Positions 9,826 to 19,600 of a stretch of 64,000 nt of DNA are shown here, in pieces. Under the pieces are notes generated by a model, which did not search any database, had not been told where the DNA came from, and was given only the letters and a program-made list of their open reading frames with translations. The DNA comes from Candidatus Thalassarchaeaceae archaeon (lineage in GTDB: Archaea; Thermoplasmatota; Poseidoniia; Poseidoniales; Thalassarchaeaceae). Position numbers and translations under genes: made by a program. The DNA lies in NCBI GenBank assembly GCA_030747485.1, contig JASLKP010000005.1, positions 6,006 to 70,005 of the forward strand. Direction: 5' to 3'. Numbering within the stretch: position 1 is the stretch's first letter; each line of letters starts with the position of its first letter.

Positions 9826-10848
9826 ATGCAGGGGATTGCGCGTGAGCCAGATAGCGGAGGGGTAGCATTGCGAACAGTTCTCCATGTCGGCCCAGTCAAC
9901 TCAAAGGGTGGCATGGGTGCAGTAATCCAGATTTTAGCTGCGAATCCACCAATCAATTGGAGGACTGAAACCCTCCCCAGTCATGCAGACGGAGGAAAAA
10001 TCATCGTAGTATTCGCATGGTGGAGAGTCTTGAGAAAGTTACGACGACGATTGAAACAAGGGGGTATCGATTTAGTACATATCCATACTGCATCACGTTG
10101 GTCGTGGACTCGGAAAAAAATGTTAATCAAAATTGCAAGAAAGGCTGGATTACCAGTGGTGCTATCTTTTCACTCTGGTGATTTTGATCGCCATTGTGAA
10201 AAACATGGAGAAGATGTTCGAAATATCTGTTATGATCAGGGAGTTCATCCCGTGTTACTCAGTAGTAATTGGCAAATGAGACTATCAAAATGGATTGAAG
10301 AATCCACTGTAATCCCCAATCCATGTCCTGATGTAGAAATCAATGTTGAACGTGATCGAACAACATTCCTACTCATGGGAAGGAATAATCCCATGAAAGG
10401 GCAAGACATTGCAATCCAAGCAGCAGCGATGTTGATTGAACAGGGTCACCAAGTTACAATACACATGACGGGGATTCAGAAAAATTATCCTGGTGTGATT
10501 GGGCATGGATGGGTGGATGGTGAAGAGAAAGAACACTTGTTGTCAACATGTGGAACACTGTTGTCACCATCCGAATGGGAAGGACTGTCAATGACGATAA
10601 TAGAAGCGATGGCAAGAGGAATGCCCATCATCGCTTCAGAAGCTAGTGAAGGTGTGTTCTCAAATTCTGGGCGCATTGTCGAACGGAGTCCCATCGCATT
10701 TGCTGAGGCCATGGCCGAGATGATTGATGGCGATTTATGGAGTGAAATGGCCACATCCGGTCCGAAGGAAGCCGAGAAATATCGATTGGGAAATATCACT
10801 CAACAATGGATGGCACTATACAATCATGTGATGGAGTTGAGTGAATGA
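9826..10848 (+). CDS. Family 4 glycosyltransferase
   Basis: C-terminal EGLSMTIIEAMARGMPIIASE (E-X7-E motif) and an N-terminal LHVGPVNSKGG. The track ORF starts at 9736 but overlaps the convergent GT2 gene; ATG 9826 is more plausible. Confidence 0.65.
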   Translation: MQGIAREPDSGGVALRTVLHVGPVNSKGGMGAVIQILAANPPINWRTETLPSHADGGKIIVVFAWWRVLRKLRRRLKQGGIDLVHIHTASRWSWTRKKMLIKIARKAGLPVVLSFHSGDFDRHCEKHGEDVRNICYDQGVHPVLLSSNWQMRLSKWIEESTVIPNPCPDVEINVERDRTTFLLMGRNNPMKGQDIAIQAAAMLIEQGHQVTIHMTGIQKNYPGVIGHGWVDGEEKEHLLSTCGTLLSPSEWEGLSMTIIEAMARGMPIIASEASEGVFSNSGRIVERSPIAFAEAMAEMIDGDLWSEMATSGPKEAEKYRLGNITQQWMALYNHVMELSE

Positions 10849-11861
10849 AATTGCTGTGGATTACGCATCGTAGGCTCGATGAGGATCTGTCTGCTCGCTC
10901 TAGACATGGGATTGCAACTGCGCTAACACAACGTGGTTGGGAGGTAGAATGGATGGCACCATCTGGTGGCCACCATGAGGTATATCGTTCTAAACGAATG
11001 GGATTTGGACATCGTTCATTCACAAAATCTGTCAAAAAGAAAATGACTCAAATCACTCTAAATTACGACCTGGTAATCGTTGAGTGGACCGCAGTTGAAG
11101 GTGCTGTAGAAATATTGTTGGCCAATGATTTACCATGGGTTCTGATGGATCGTAGTCCACCCGTTTCGACCGGTTTTGTAGGTTGGATTCAAGGGGTCCA
11201 ATACAGAAATGCTTGGAATATGGCACGCATATTTGCTTCAGCATGCGCGGTTAAGAGTCAATACATGGCAGACAGTCAAACTTGGGAAAAACCACTGGCG
11301 ATTGTTCCAGCAGGAGTCAATATAGATGATTTTTCAATCACAAAAATGTCTGATGAACCATGGATTGTGTGTCATGGAACGCTATCAAAAGAACGAGAAC
11401 TTCATCGTATACTGAAATTTGATTACCAGATACGATTCATTGGTTCAGGCAATGATGCAAAAAATCTCAAACAAATGGGTGCTATAGTTGAAGGGCCCTT
11501 CTCTACCGATGAATTAGCCAGTAAATTAGCGACATATGATATCGGAGTTATGCATCTACCAAATCGTGAAGTTTGGCGGCATGCTTCTCCCCTCAAGGTA
11601 GCAGAATATGCTGCTGCTGGACTTGTGATTGTTGCATCTGAAGTAAGTGGCCTTGAACAATATCGTGATTCGAAATGGATTCGTCTTATTCCACTTGGTG
11701 ATGATCAAGCCTGTAAGGGTGCGCTGGATGAATTTCTGTCCATTAGTTCAAATGAACGTCAACAACTTGGTGCTTTAGCCAGAAAAGAAGCTGAAAAATC
11801 GATGACTTGGACTCATTGTGTAAATGAATTACATGCCATGTTACGAGAGGTGAAACGGTGA
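10845..11861 (+). CDS. Family 4 glycosyltransferase (second copy, divergent sequence)
   Basis: GT-B like, with LKVAEYAAAGLVIVASE (E-X7-E). A 4-nt ATGA overlap with the upstream GT4 indicates an operon. Confidence 0.6.
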   Translation: MKLLWITHRRLDEDLSARSRHGIATALTQRGWEVEWMAPSGGHHEVYRSKRMGFGHRSFTKSVKKKMTQITLNYDLVIVEWTAVEGAVEILLANDLPWVLMDRSPPVSTGFVGWIQGVQYRNAWNMARIFASACAVKSQYMADSQTWEKPLAIVPAGVNIDDFSITKMSDEPWIVCHGTLSKERELHRILKFDYQIRFIGSGNDAKNLKQMGAIVEGPFSTDELASKLATYDIGVMHLPNREVWRHASPLKVAEYAAAGLVIVASEVSGLEQYRDSKWIRLIPLGDDQACKGALDEFLSISSNERQQLGALARKEAEKSMTWTHCVNELHAMLREVKR

Positions 11862-13120
11862 CTCGCCGTGTTAGACTAGAGCGTGACACTCTCTGGCTTT
11901 CGGGAGCAGATATCGCAGCATTACTGGTTGGAATTACAGTACATGTCATCCTCACGCAAACGTATACAGATGGTGATTATGGACGCTGGGTACTATTATT
12001 GGACCTATACTATGTCTCTTCAACTTTGATTGATTTAGGATTACCTACCCTTATTGGTCGAGATTCTGAACGCATGGGGAAAATGGCACAAAACCTCGTA
12101 CATCGGACGTTGAGAATACAAATTCGTTTGACTTTACCAATCATTTTGATTGGAGGCGTGGTTGGTTGGTATTGGATCGGTGGATCGATTATTTGGTTGG
12201 TAGCAGCACTAATTTTAGCACTCTCTGCTGCTGTCCAAATCCTTGCATATGCTCACCGTTCTGCATTACGAGCACTCGGAGAGTCGAGACAAGAGGCATT
12301 GGTCCGCCTCGTTGACCGTGGGGCTACTGCAATCGGAATTGTTCTCGCCGCGTGGTTTTTTGGTGCACACCCAATTGCATTGTCATTAGCAACATTTGCG
12401 GGCCCACTAGGAGCGATTTTAATTGCTATCAATTTAGGTGAAAAGAAGTTAACTTCGATTACAAACATGGGAGAATCACTTGATTACGCCAATGATAATG
12501 TGAGAACATTACTCACGTTAGGATTGCCTTTCCTTCTAGCATCCATAGCATTAGTTCTGAATGTACGTGTAGAAAAATTAATGCTCGGAGTAATAGCAAC
12601 ACCAGAAGATGTTGAAGTGTTCCAAATTGCTTGGTTGGCATTCATCGCAGGTTATGCCCCAATTCTTTCGGTACGTGCAGTCATGCTATCTTGGTTTGGA
12701 GAGACGAGGCATGATTTAGAAATTCTTCAACATCGACAACAACGTGCACTCAAGATGATTTTCATTGTAACTGTGCCTGGATTAATCATTGGTTATACCC
12801 TTGGTCAAGCATCAATTGGTTGGGTTTTTCCAGATTATGCGATGGAAGCAAAACCAATTTTTCTCCTATTGTTAATTGCATGGGCTCTCGCTCTAAATGC
12901 TAGTGTACCAATCACAATCATTCAGGTGAGTGAAAAACCAATGTACTATGCCGCAGTACTTTGGTTGGGTATCATTTCTGATGCAATCATCTGTGTGTTG
13001 ATGATTCCGGATCAAGGGACAGAAGGTGCAGCAATAGGAGCAATAGTTGGTTCCGCAATAGTATTGTTCACAGCAATGATATTGAGCCGAAAACTCAACT
13101 TGAATTCAACGGCGATTTAA
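11858..13120 (+). CDS. Polysaccharide/oligosaccharide flippase (MOP/Wzx-like multi-TM protein)
   Basis: 420 aa with about 12-14 predicted TM helices, coupled by a 4-nt overlap to the upstream GT genes. Confidence 0.55.
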   Translation: MTRRVRLERDTLWLSGADIAALLVGITVHVILTQTYTDGDYGRWVLLLDLYYVSSTLIDLGLPTLIGRDSERMGKMAQNLVHRTLRIQIRLTLPIILIGGVVGWYWIGGSIIWLVAALILALSAAVQILAYAHRSALRALGESRQEALVRLVDRGATAIGIVLAAWFFGAHPIALSLATFAGPLGAILIAINLGEKKLTSITNMGESLDYANDNVRTLLTLGLPFLLASIALVLNVRVEKLMLGVIATPEDVEVFQIAWLAFIAGYAPILSVRAVMLSWFGETRHDLEILQHRQQRALKMIFIVTVPGLIIGYTLGQASIGWVFPDYAMEAKPIFLLLLIAWALALNASVPITIIQVSEKPMYYAAVLWLGIISDAIICVLMIPDQGTEGAAIGAIVGSAIVLFTAMILSRKLNLNSTAI

Positions 13121-13455
13121 TCATCTGAAGATTCTTCTGAGATTCCAAGCATTTCTTGTAATTCTCCACTTTGATACATCTCAAGTGCGAGGTCTGAGCC
13201 CCCAATTAATTCACCATTCACAAACACTTGGGGCATGGTCGGAAAATCAGACCATTCACAAACACTTGGAATTGCTCGGGAGTCCATGAGGACATTGACA
13301 CTGACAAATGGTATACCAATTGCTTTCAAGACCTGAGAGGCTCTATTTGAGAAACCACACTGTGGCATCTCAGGTGTTCCTTTCATGAAAAGTACAAGCT
13401 GATTGTTGTTGATGATTTCGTCTAATTCTGTAGGTGTCCAATTAAATTCACTCAT
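13117..13455 (-). CDS. Monothiol glutaredoxin (CGFS-type, Grx4/Grx5 family)
   Basis: LVLFMKGTPEMPQCGFS is the signature of monothiol Grx. Confidence 0.85.
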   Translation of the reverse strand: MSEFNWTPTELDEIINNNQLVLFMKGTPEMPQCGFSNRASQVLKAIGIPFVSVNVLMDSRAIPSVCEWSDFPTMPQVFVNGELIGGSDLALEMYQSGELQEMLGISEESSDD

Positions 13456-13796
13456 TCTATTTCCTCCTTAGGTCTGATACTGATGCCAACAAAATCTGCA
13501 TCACTGCGACGATTAGGGTGAGGATGGAAGACATCTCCATCATCTTGTAATGCCTGTTCTGGAGTAAGACATTTGAGATCTAATGCATGTACTTCATGTG
13601 GGATAAATGGTTTGAAGTGACCCAAGAGAATACGCTGGCGAGGTAAGGGCCTCATGCCCTCAAAAGTTGCACAAACAACTCGAACATGGAAATGGTCTTG
13701 CCCCCCAGTTAGGTCTACAATCTTAATTTCAATGGCATCAGGAACCGCCTTACGGACTTCAGCCTCCATCCACTCGATACTCGGCATAGTCATCAC
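13452..13796 (-). CDS. BolA family protein
   Basis: IEIKIVDLTGGQDHFHVRVVCATFEGM ... H is BolA-like, and it overlaps the downstream CGFS Grx gene by 4 nt. Confidence 0.7.
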   Translation of the reverse strand: MMTMPSIEWMEAEVRKAVPDAIEIKIVDLTGGQDHFHVRVVCATFEGMRPLPRQRILLGHFKPFIPHEVHALDLKCLTPEQALQDDGDVFHPHPNRRSDADFVGISIRPKEEIE

Positions 13797-13823
13797 TCAA
13801 TGTTCGATGGTTTTGAATCCTTG

Positions 13824-14504
13824 TTACTGTTGAAGTGCATTTTGAATCTCGCTAAGATTCTCTGCGATGGTTCCATTGTCATTGATTAGACCTGAGCCGA
13901 CAACGGCAATTTCAATCCCCCAATCAGCAACTTGTGCAATATTATGAGCCTTGATACCTCCGTCAATCATGAGTTTCGTTGGTCGACCTCCAGCAACAAT
14001 CTGAGCATCGATGGCCGCTCGGAATGTCCGTGTCTTTTCCTCCATCTCTGACATAAATGATTGGCCGCCCTTACCGGGGACGACACTCATCACAAGAATG
14101 AGGTCTAAATTGGGAAGATGGGGGAGAATGGCATCAGCGGGTGTTGCCGGATTCAATACAGCTCCAGCTTGACATCCACATGCATGTAATTTCTCGATGA
14201 GGGTTGACATATCATCTACTGCTTCAATATGAGCAATGACTAAGTTGACTCCTGCATCGACATATTGATTCCAATTCTCTTCTGCATTTGTTACCATCAA
14301 GTGACAATCCATGAAGACATCTGGGCCAATTCGATCGCGTATTGAACGGATGACTGCGGGTCCAAATGTGATGGTTCGATTCACGACCCAATTTCCATCC
14401 ATCACATCGAGATGAATCCAATCGATTCCAGCCGCAATAGCCTCATCAATCGTTGTACCGAGTTCACAAAAATCAGCGGTGAGGATGCTTGGGGTGATTA
14501 TCAC
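13824..14504 (-). CDS. rpe: Ribulose-phosphate 3-epimerase
   Basis: SILTADF ... HLDVMDGNWVVNRTITFGP ... DCHLMV motifs of Rpe. Confidence 0.85.
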   Translation of the reverse strand: MIITPSILTADFCELGTTIDEAIAAGIDWIHLDVMDGNWVVNRTITFGPAVIRSIRDRIGPDVFMDCHLMVTNAEENWNQYVDAGVNLVIAHIEAVDDMSTLIEKLHACGCQAGAVLNPATPADAILPHLPNLDLILVMSVVPGKGGQSFMSEMEEKTRTFRAAIDAQIVAGGRPTKLMIDGGIKAHNIAQVADWGIEIAVVGSGLINDNGTIAENLSEIQNALQQ

Positions 14505-14618
14505 AATGACCGCTCCGTACCGGGCGAGGAGAAGCCAGTTCTCAAGTCTTGACCTTCAAATAACTCGTACATCAGGTTGATAGAACGCCGAAACACGCCC
14601 AATGAAGCAGGTGATTGT

Positions 14619-14942
14619 ATGGCAGGTAATCTAGTGGAGGCTACAGATGCAGATTTTGAGCAAGTGACGACTGAGAATGAATGGGTCTTGGTCGATTTCT
14701 GGGCCCCTTGGTGTGGACCTTGCAAGATGATTGGGCCTGTTCTGGACCAAATTGCTGGTGAGCGCGAAAATCTCACTATTGCAAAAGTAAACACAGACAT
14801 GAATCCAGTCACGCCTGGAAGATTTGGAGTTCGAGGAATTCCATATCTCGTTCTATTCCATAATGGACAACCGATTGATACTAAGAGTGGAGCAATGCCA
14901 AAGCAAGGTTTCGATCAATGGTTAGATGCACATATGATTTGA
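14619..14942 (+). CDS. trxA: Thioredoxin
   Basis: WAPWCGPCK active site. The first ATG is at 14619; the track start at 14577 is TTG. Confidence 0.9.
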   Translation: MAGNLVEATDADFEQVTTENEWVLVDFWAPWCGPCKMIGPVLDQIAGERENLTIAKVNTDMNPVTPGRFGVRGIPYLVLFHNGQPIDTKSGAMPKQGFDQWLDAHMI

Positions 14943-16538
14943 TTACGGCTGCGCATTTTGTAAACGCTTTCTTCGAGCATCTTGCGGAGCACCTACCTCA
15001 CGCAATAAACGCTCTCTCAACGCTTCATGTAACCACATTCCATCTGATAATTCAAGAATTAATCCTCGTTCAATTAGAGCAGATGGTGGCGGTCCATCGT
15101 GTTCGCAAGCGGCTGCTAATATGGACCACTCAACGGGTCGTTCAGATACCGCAAGGACGGCTAACAATTCTCGTTCATCTTCAGGGAGAACATCAAGGAT
15201 TTCTTCATCGAGGAATCGTAGCCAATCACCGTGAGAAATTTCACCATACATCTCCATCAATTCAATTGCCAAGGGATGGCCACCAGTAACTTCGTGAACT
15301 TCTGTAGCGGTTGGTAATTCCTCTGCTGAAATATCTGAAAGCCAAGCATCTAAATCTTCTACATTGAGACCAGACAAGGCTAGTTCACTGACTCTGTCTC
15401 GAGTATGAACATCTCTTCGATCGTAGAATGTCAATGTGGTTCGACTGATTAACAAGAGTTGCAATGGAGAAGAGTCTGCCACTTGAAGCAGGGCGCCCAA
15501 CAAATCTCGTGCTTCTTCAGCAAGATGGTGTACGTCGTCTAATACCAACAGGAAATAAGGTGGGGCGGTCGACTCATCATCTATGAAGCGCTCACGTAAC
15601 ACAGTTGGATCTGTCAAATAAGACAAGAGTAATCTCCGATATGCATCGATATCTAACTTCGCACCGGGAGTAAGTGGCAATGTTTCCATGAGTTGATGAG
15701 GGTCATGAGCAGCATCAATGCCGACTCGATGTAAAAGCGAAGTCGCTAGACCAAGGGATGTATCCCATGGTTGACAGGGGTACCAACATACAGACAATTG
15801 CTCATCTGTGATTATTCGCTGTCGTAACCAATGAGCACCAAGGGTTGATTTCCCGATTCCTGCAATTCCGTGGAGAAGCATACAAGGTGTTCTAGAGATA
15901 ATCCACTCATCCAGAACTGAAATCTCTGTTTTTCGACCATGTACTTCACGAGTGAGGGGGGGTTCTGTATGATACGTCGCGTGAGCACCTGAACCAAGCG
16001 TGATTCTACCAGGTGCTGGCGTATCATCAGCACGTGACTGAATGAGGCCAAAGCGAATGTCTCCAAACGTTAGAACACCCTCGTGTTGTGCATGCATCAA
16101 TACCTGTAATAGGCTCAAATCCGCAGCCAATCGGTCGCTTGCTTGATTGGCAACAACCTCCAATAATTGGCCATTTGAATCTCGAATTAATACTTGAGTT
16201 AATCCAAGTTCACGCATTCGAGAATTGGCTTGAACTCTACCTTCTTCTGTAAGTTGCCATGTCTTCTGTCGTCGACTCTCTCCACGTACGGTTCGACTAT
16301 GCTCAGTAACCCACAAATTTCGTAATAATCCACGCATTGTTCGACTAACATTTGGAGGATGTAATGCACAAGCCTCAGCAATGCCCGGGCGTGTTACTGC
16401 GTGGCTAACCATGTAGAGATCTGCCTGATCATCTTGCTCCAATAAATGTAGTAAAATTCGGTCTTCGACCGCGATATGAACACGCAAGTCATTGCTCGGC
16501 ATTGGACCTGCCTTATACTCCGTCCTGTTGAACTTCAC
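14943..16538 (-). CDS. wHTH-fused STAND (NB-ARC-like) P-loop NTPase, putative signal-transducing regulator
   Basis: N-terminal winged-helix domain (RILLHLL ... ACALHPPNVSRTMRGL), Walker A GIAGIGKSTL, Walker B LLVLDDVHHL and a GxP motif TGGHPLAIELM typical of STAND NTPases. GTG start at 16538; ATG 16502 is an alternative. Confidence 0.6.
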   Translation of the reverse strand: MKFNRTEYKAGPMPSNDLRVHIAVEDRILLHLLEQDDQADLYMVSHAVTRPGIAEACALHPPNVSRTMRGLLRNLWVTEHSRTVRGESRRQKTWQLTEEGRVQANSRMRELGLTQVLIRDSNGQLLEVVANQASDRLAADLSLLQVLMHAQHEGVLTFGDIRFGLIQSRADDTPAPGRITLGSGAHATYHTEPPLTREVHGRKTEISVLDEWIISRTPCMLLHGIAGIGKSTLGAHWLRQRIITDEQLSVCWYPCQPWDTSLGLATSLLHRVGIDAAHDPHQLMETLPLTPGAKLDIDAYRRLLLSYLTDPTVLRERFIDDESTAPPYFLLVLDDVHHLAEEARDLLGALLQVADSSPLQLLLISRTTLTFYDRRDVHTRDRVSELALSGLNVEDLDAWLSDISAEELPTATEVHEVTGGHPLAIELMEMYGEISHGDWLRFLDEEILDVLPEDERELLAVLAVSERPVEWSILAAACEHDGPPPSALIERGLILELSDGMWLHEALRERLLREVGAPQDARRKRLQNAQP

Positions 16539-16609
16539 GCCACCATGTTTCAGCCATTTTCGGCCTTTTTCTCGCGTGCGCGCGTGATGCAGAACGACCG
16601 CAATCCCTT

Positions 16610-19600
16610 ATGCAGATGAATACAGCCGCCCCCATGGTCCAGAACCTGCGAGTCCAATCATTGGCTTCGACTCGGGCCATTTTACTGGCGGGTTTGATGA
16701 TTTTTAGCACGACCATCCTGCCCGTCGTCAGTGCGTACGACACAGATAGTGATGGTATTGATGATTCAGTAGATGATTGTCCAGTAGCGGCAGGAAATAG
16801 TTCGGTTGATCGTGTCGGTTGTCCTGACAGAGATGGCGATGGGACCAGTGACAAGAATGATCCCTGGACTATTCAAGGAGGTGGGTTTTCTGAAGAAGCA
16901 CATCAATCGAGTAACGATGACTACTATGCTGTCTTCTTCAATTACGATGGAAGTCAATATCTAACCTCAGCAGAGAATGGATGGATGCGAATTTGGGATA
17001 CGAGCACTCGACAGAATCTCAGATCAGTACAAACTGACGGGATTTTTGATGTCGGGTGGTCGCCAGATGGGGCGTACGTCGCTGCAGTCACTGACAATGA
17101 TGAATTGAGAGTGTACCACGCTTCAAACATGTCTGTCTTATTCACCGCAAGCACAGATGTGGGTAGTGGTGACCAACCCAATGAATTAGAATTCAGTCCT
17201 GACGGGACAATGGTTGCTGTCGTCATCGGAAGATCTGGGAATTCCGGAACGAATGGTGAAGTCCAAATTTACAATGCGATGACCGGGGTAGAAATGACTT
17301 CGTTTAATCCTGGTTCAGCAGATCGATTTAACTCAGTTGATTGGAGTCCTGATGGGAATCGTATTTTGATTGGTGGACGTGAGGATGTATGGATTTACAA
17401 CACCGGTAGTTGGGGCTTCAACAGTAGCGTCAATACGAATCGAGGTACCAACAATGGTGTTGAATGGTCACCAGATGGAAACTCGTTTGCGACCTGTGAA
17501 GCATGGGAAAGTAGTGGTGCCAGAGTCAGGATGTATGAAGTAGCAACCATGCAACAAGTGTGGTCGTATTCAACTTCAACATCATGTAACACACTTACAT
17601 TTTCACCGGATTCAACCCAAATTGGGGCTTCAATGACCTATTATCAGTCAGATGGAGCGAGTGTTAGAATTTTCAATGCAGATACTGGAAGTATCATAGA
17701 TACAGTTTCAGGGCCGAGACCCGGTGGCTGTACTAGTGGCGGTGGCGGAAACAATTGTGGTTCAATCTACGGTGTGGATTGGCACCCCAATGGAATGTAC
17801 ATCATAAGCGCTCATGGACGAGATGATGAGGGCATATACCACTGGATTGTCGACCCTGATATCGACAATGATGGAGTACTCAATGAAGACGATGCATTCC
17901 CTGAAGATGGAACTCAGTGGGATGACACTGATGGTGATGGTTATGGTGATAATCCAGCTCCTGCCACGGAGCCAGATGCCTGTGTGACCATTTTTGGTAC
18001 ATCTAACATGGACAGATACGGTTGCCCTGATGATGATGGCGATGGATGGTCAAACGATGGCGATGCATTTCCCTCTGATCCCTACCAATGGTCTGATGCA
18101 GATGGTGATGGTTATCCTTCAAATCTCGACGATCCGCGTGATCCAAATCCATACGGACATCTAGATGCCTTCGACAACAATCCAACTCAATGGGCTGATT
18201 CGGATGGAGATGGCTATGGAGATAATTTTGCCAACGCATCATGGGAAAGCATTCGACCCGTAGATTGGCCTGGACAATTAATGTCGATGACACCGATCGA
18301 GATGGTTGATATCGACACATTCCCGCTGAATCCCGAACAATGGAATGATACGGATGGTGACTGGGTTGGTGATGAACCATTCACAAGTCGTTCAGATGGA
18401 TGTCCCGATGCATGGGGTGATTCCATCTGGGACCGAATCGGTTGCCCTGATAGTGATGGTGATGGATACTCTGACCCTGGAAACGGCTACCCTGGAGAAG
18501 GTTTAGCAAGTCCAATTGGTGATGCCGATGCATTCGTCGATGACCCTAGCCAATGGCACGACTCTGATGGAGATGGTTTTGGAGACAATACTTCTGGCTC
18601 GCAAGGTGATGCATGTCCTGGCCAACCAGGTACCAGTTGGTGGGCCATCGAATGGGATTATGTCAATGAGACCTATTTCGATAAGCAATGGTTTGGTTGT
18701 GAAGACAACGATGGGGACGGATATGCAAACAGTGGAGAAGCCTTCCCAAACGACCCAACTCAATGGCAAGATACTGATGGTGATGGTGTCAACAGAAACA
18801 GTGTAGCATCATCCTGTGGAGATAATCCTGAAGGCAATAATCCTGATTTATTCCCGTTGGATGGGACTCAATGCACCGACCGTGATGGAGATGGTTACGG
18901 TGATTTTGCAAGTGGACCAAATGGTGACTGGTTCCCAGATGATCCGACTCAATGGAAAGACAGTGATGGTGATGGATACGGCGACAATGCTGATGGGACA
19001 AACGCTGATGTTTGTCCCTTCGTAGCAGGTACCATCAATACGGCTGAAGCAAGAGGTTGCCCAGACAGTGATAATGATGGAACCCCTGACCCCCAAGATG
19101 CCTTCCCAAACAATCCCTTAGAGGATAGCGATTCGGATGGTGATGGATTTGGTGATGCGTTTGAGGATGATTGTATCCTAACACCAGGTGCCTCAAACAT
19201 GGGAGGGACGTTTGGTTGTCCAGATTCAGATGGTGATTATTGGGCCGATTCCATCGACATATTCCCTGATGACGGAACCCAATGGGAAGACTCGGATGGA
19301 GATGGATATGGAGATAATTACACATACACAAATGTTACTGGTCACTCAACATCTGCTGATGGTTACATTTGGGGATGCGATGTTGATCCCGGCCTGATAA
19401 TGTCAAGAATTCAAAATGGTGATGCCTTCCCAGAGGATGCCACTCAATGGAGTGATACCGATGGAGATGGTCATGGTGATAATTACGGTGAAGCATTGAA
19501 TCTCACCACTCGACTAGAGTGCTGGCCGGGAGAATTTGTGGATAATGCCAGAGATGCTGATGCTTTCCCTCTACGTTACACACAATGGAAAGATGCTGAC

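Noticed and set aside
18003-19331. Several 70-125-aa His-rich ORFs on the minus strand inside the surface-protein gene.
   Set aside because: They are reverse-complement readings of the GAT-GGT-GAT (DGD) codon repeats of the TSP3 region (atcaccatc reads as I/H-rich peptides). They are low-complexity, fully embedded in a well-supported 1176-aa gene, and artefacts of the repeat.
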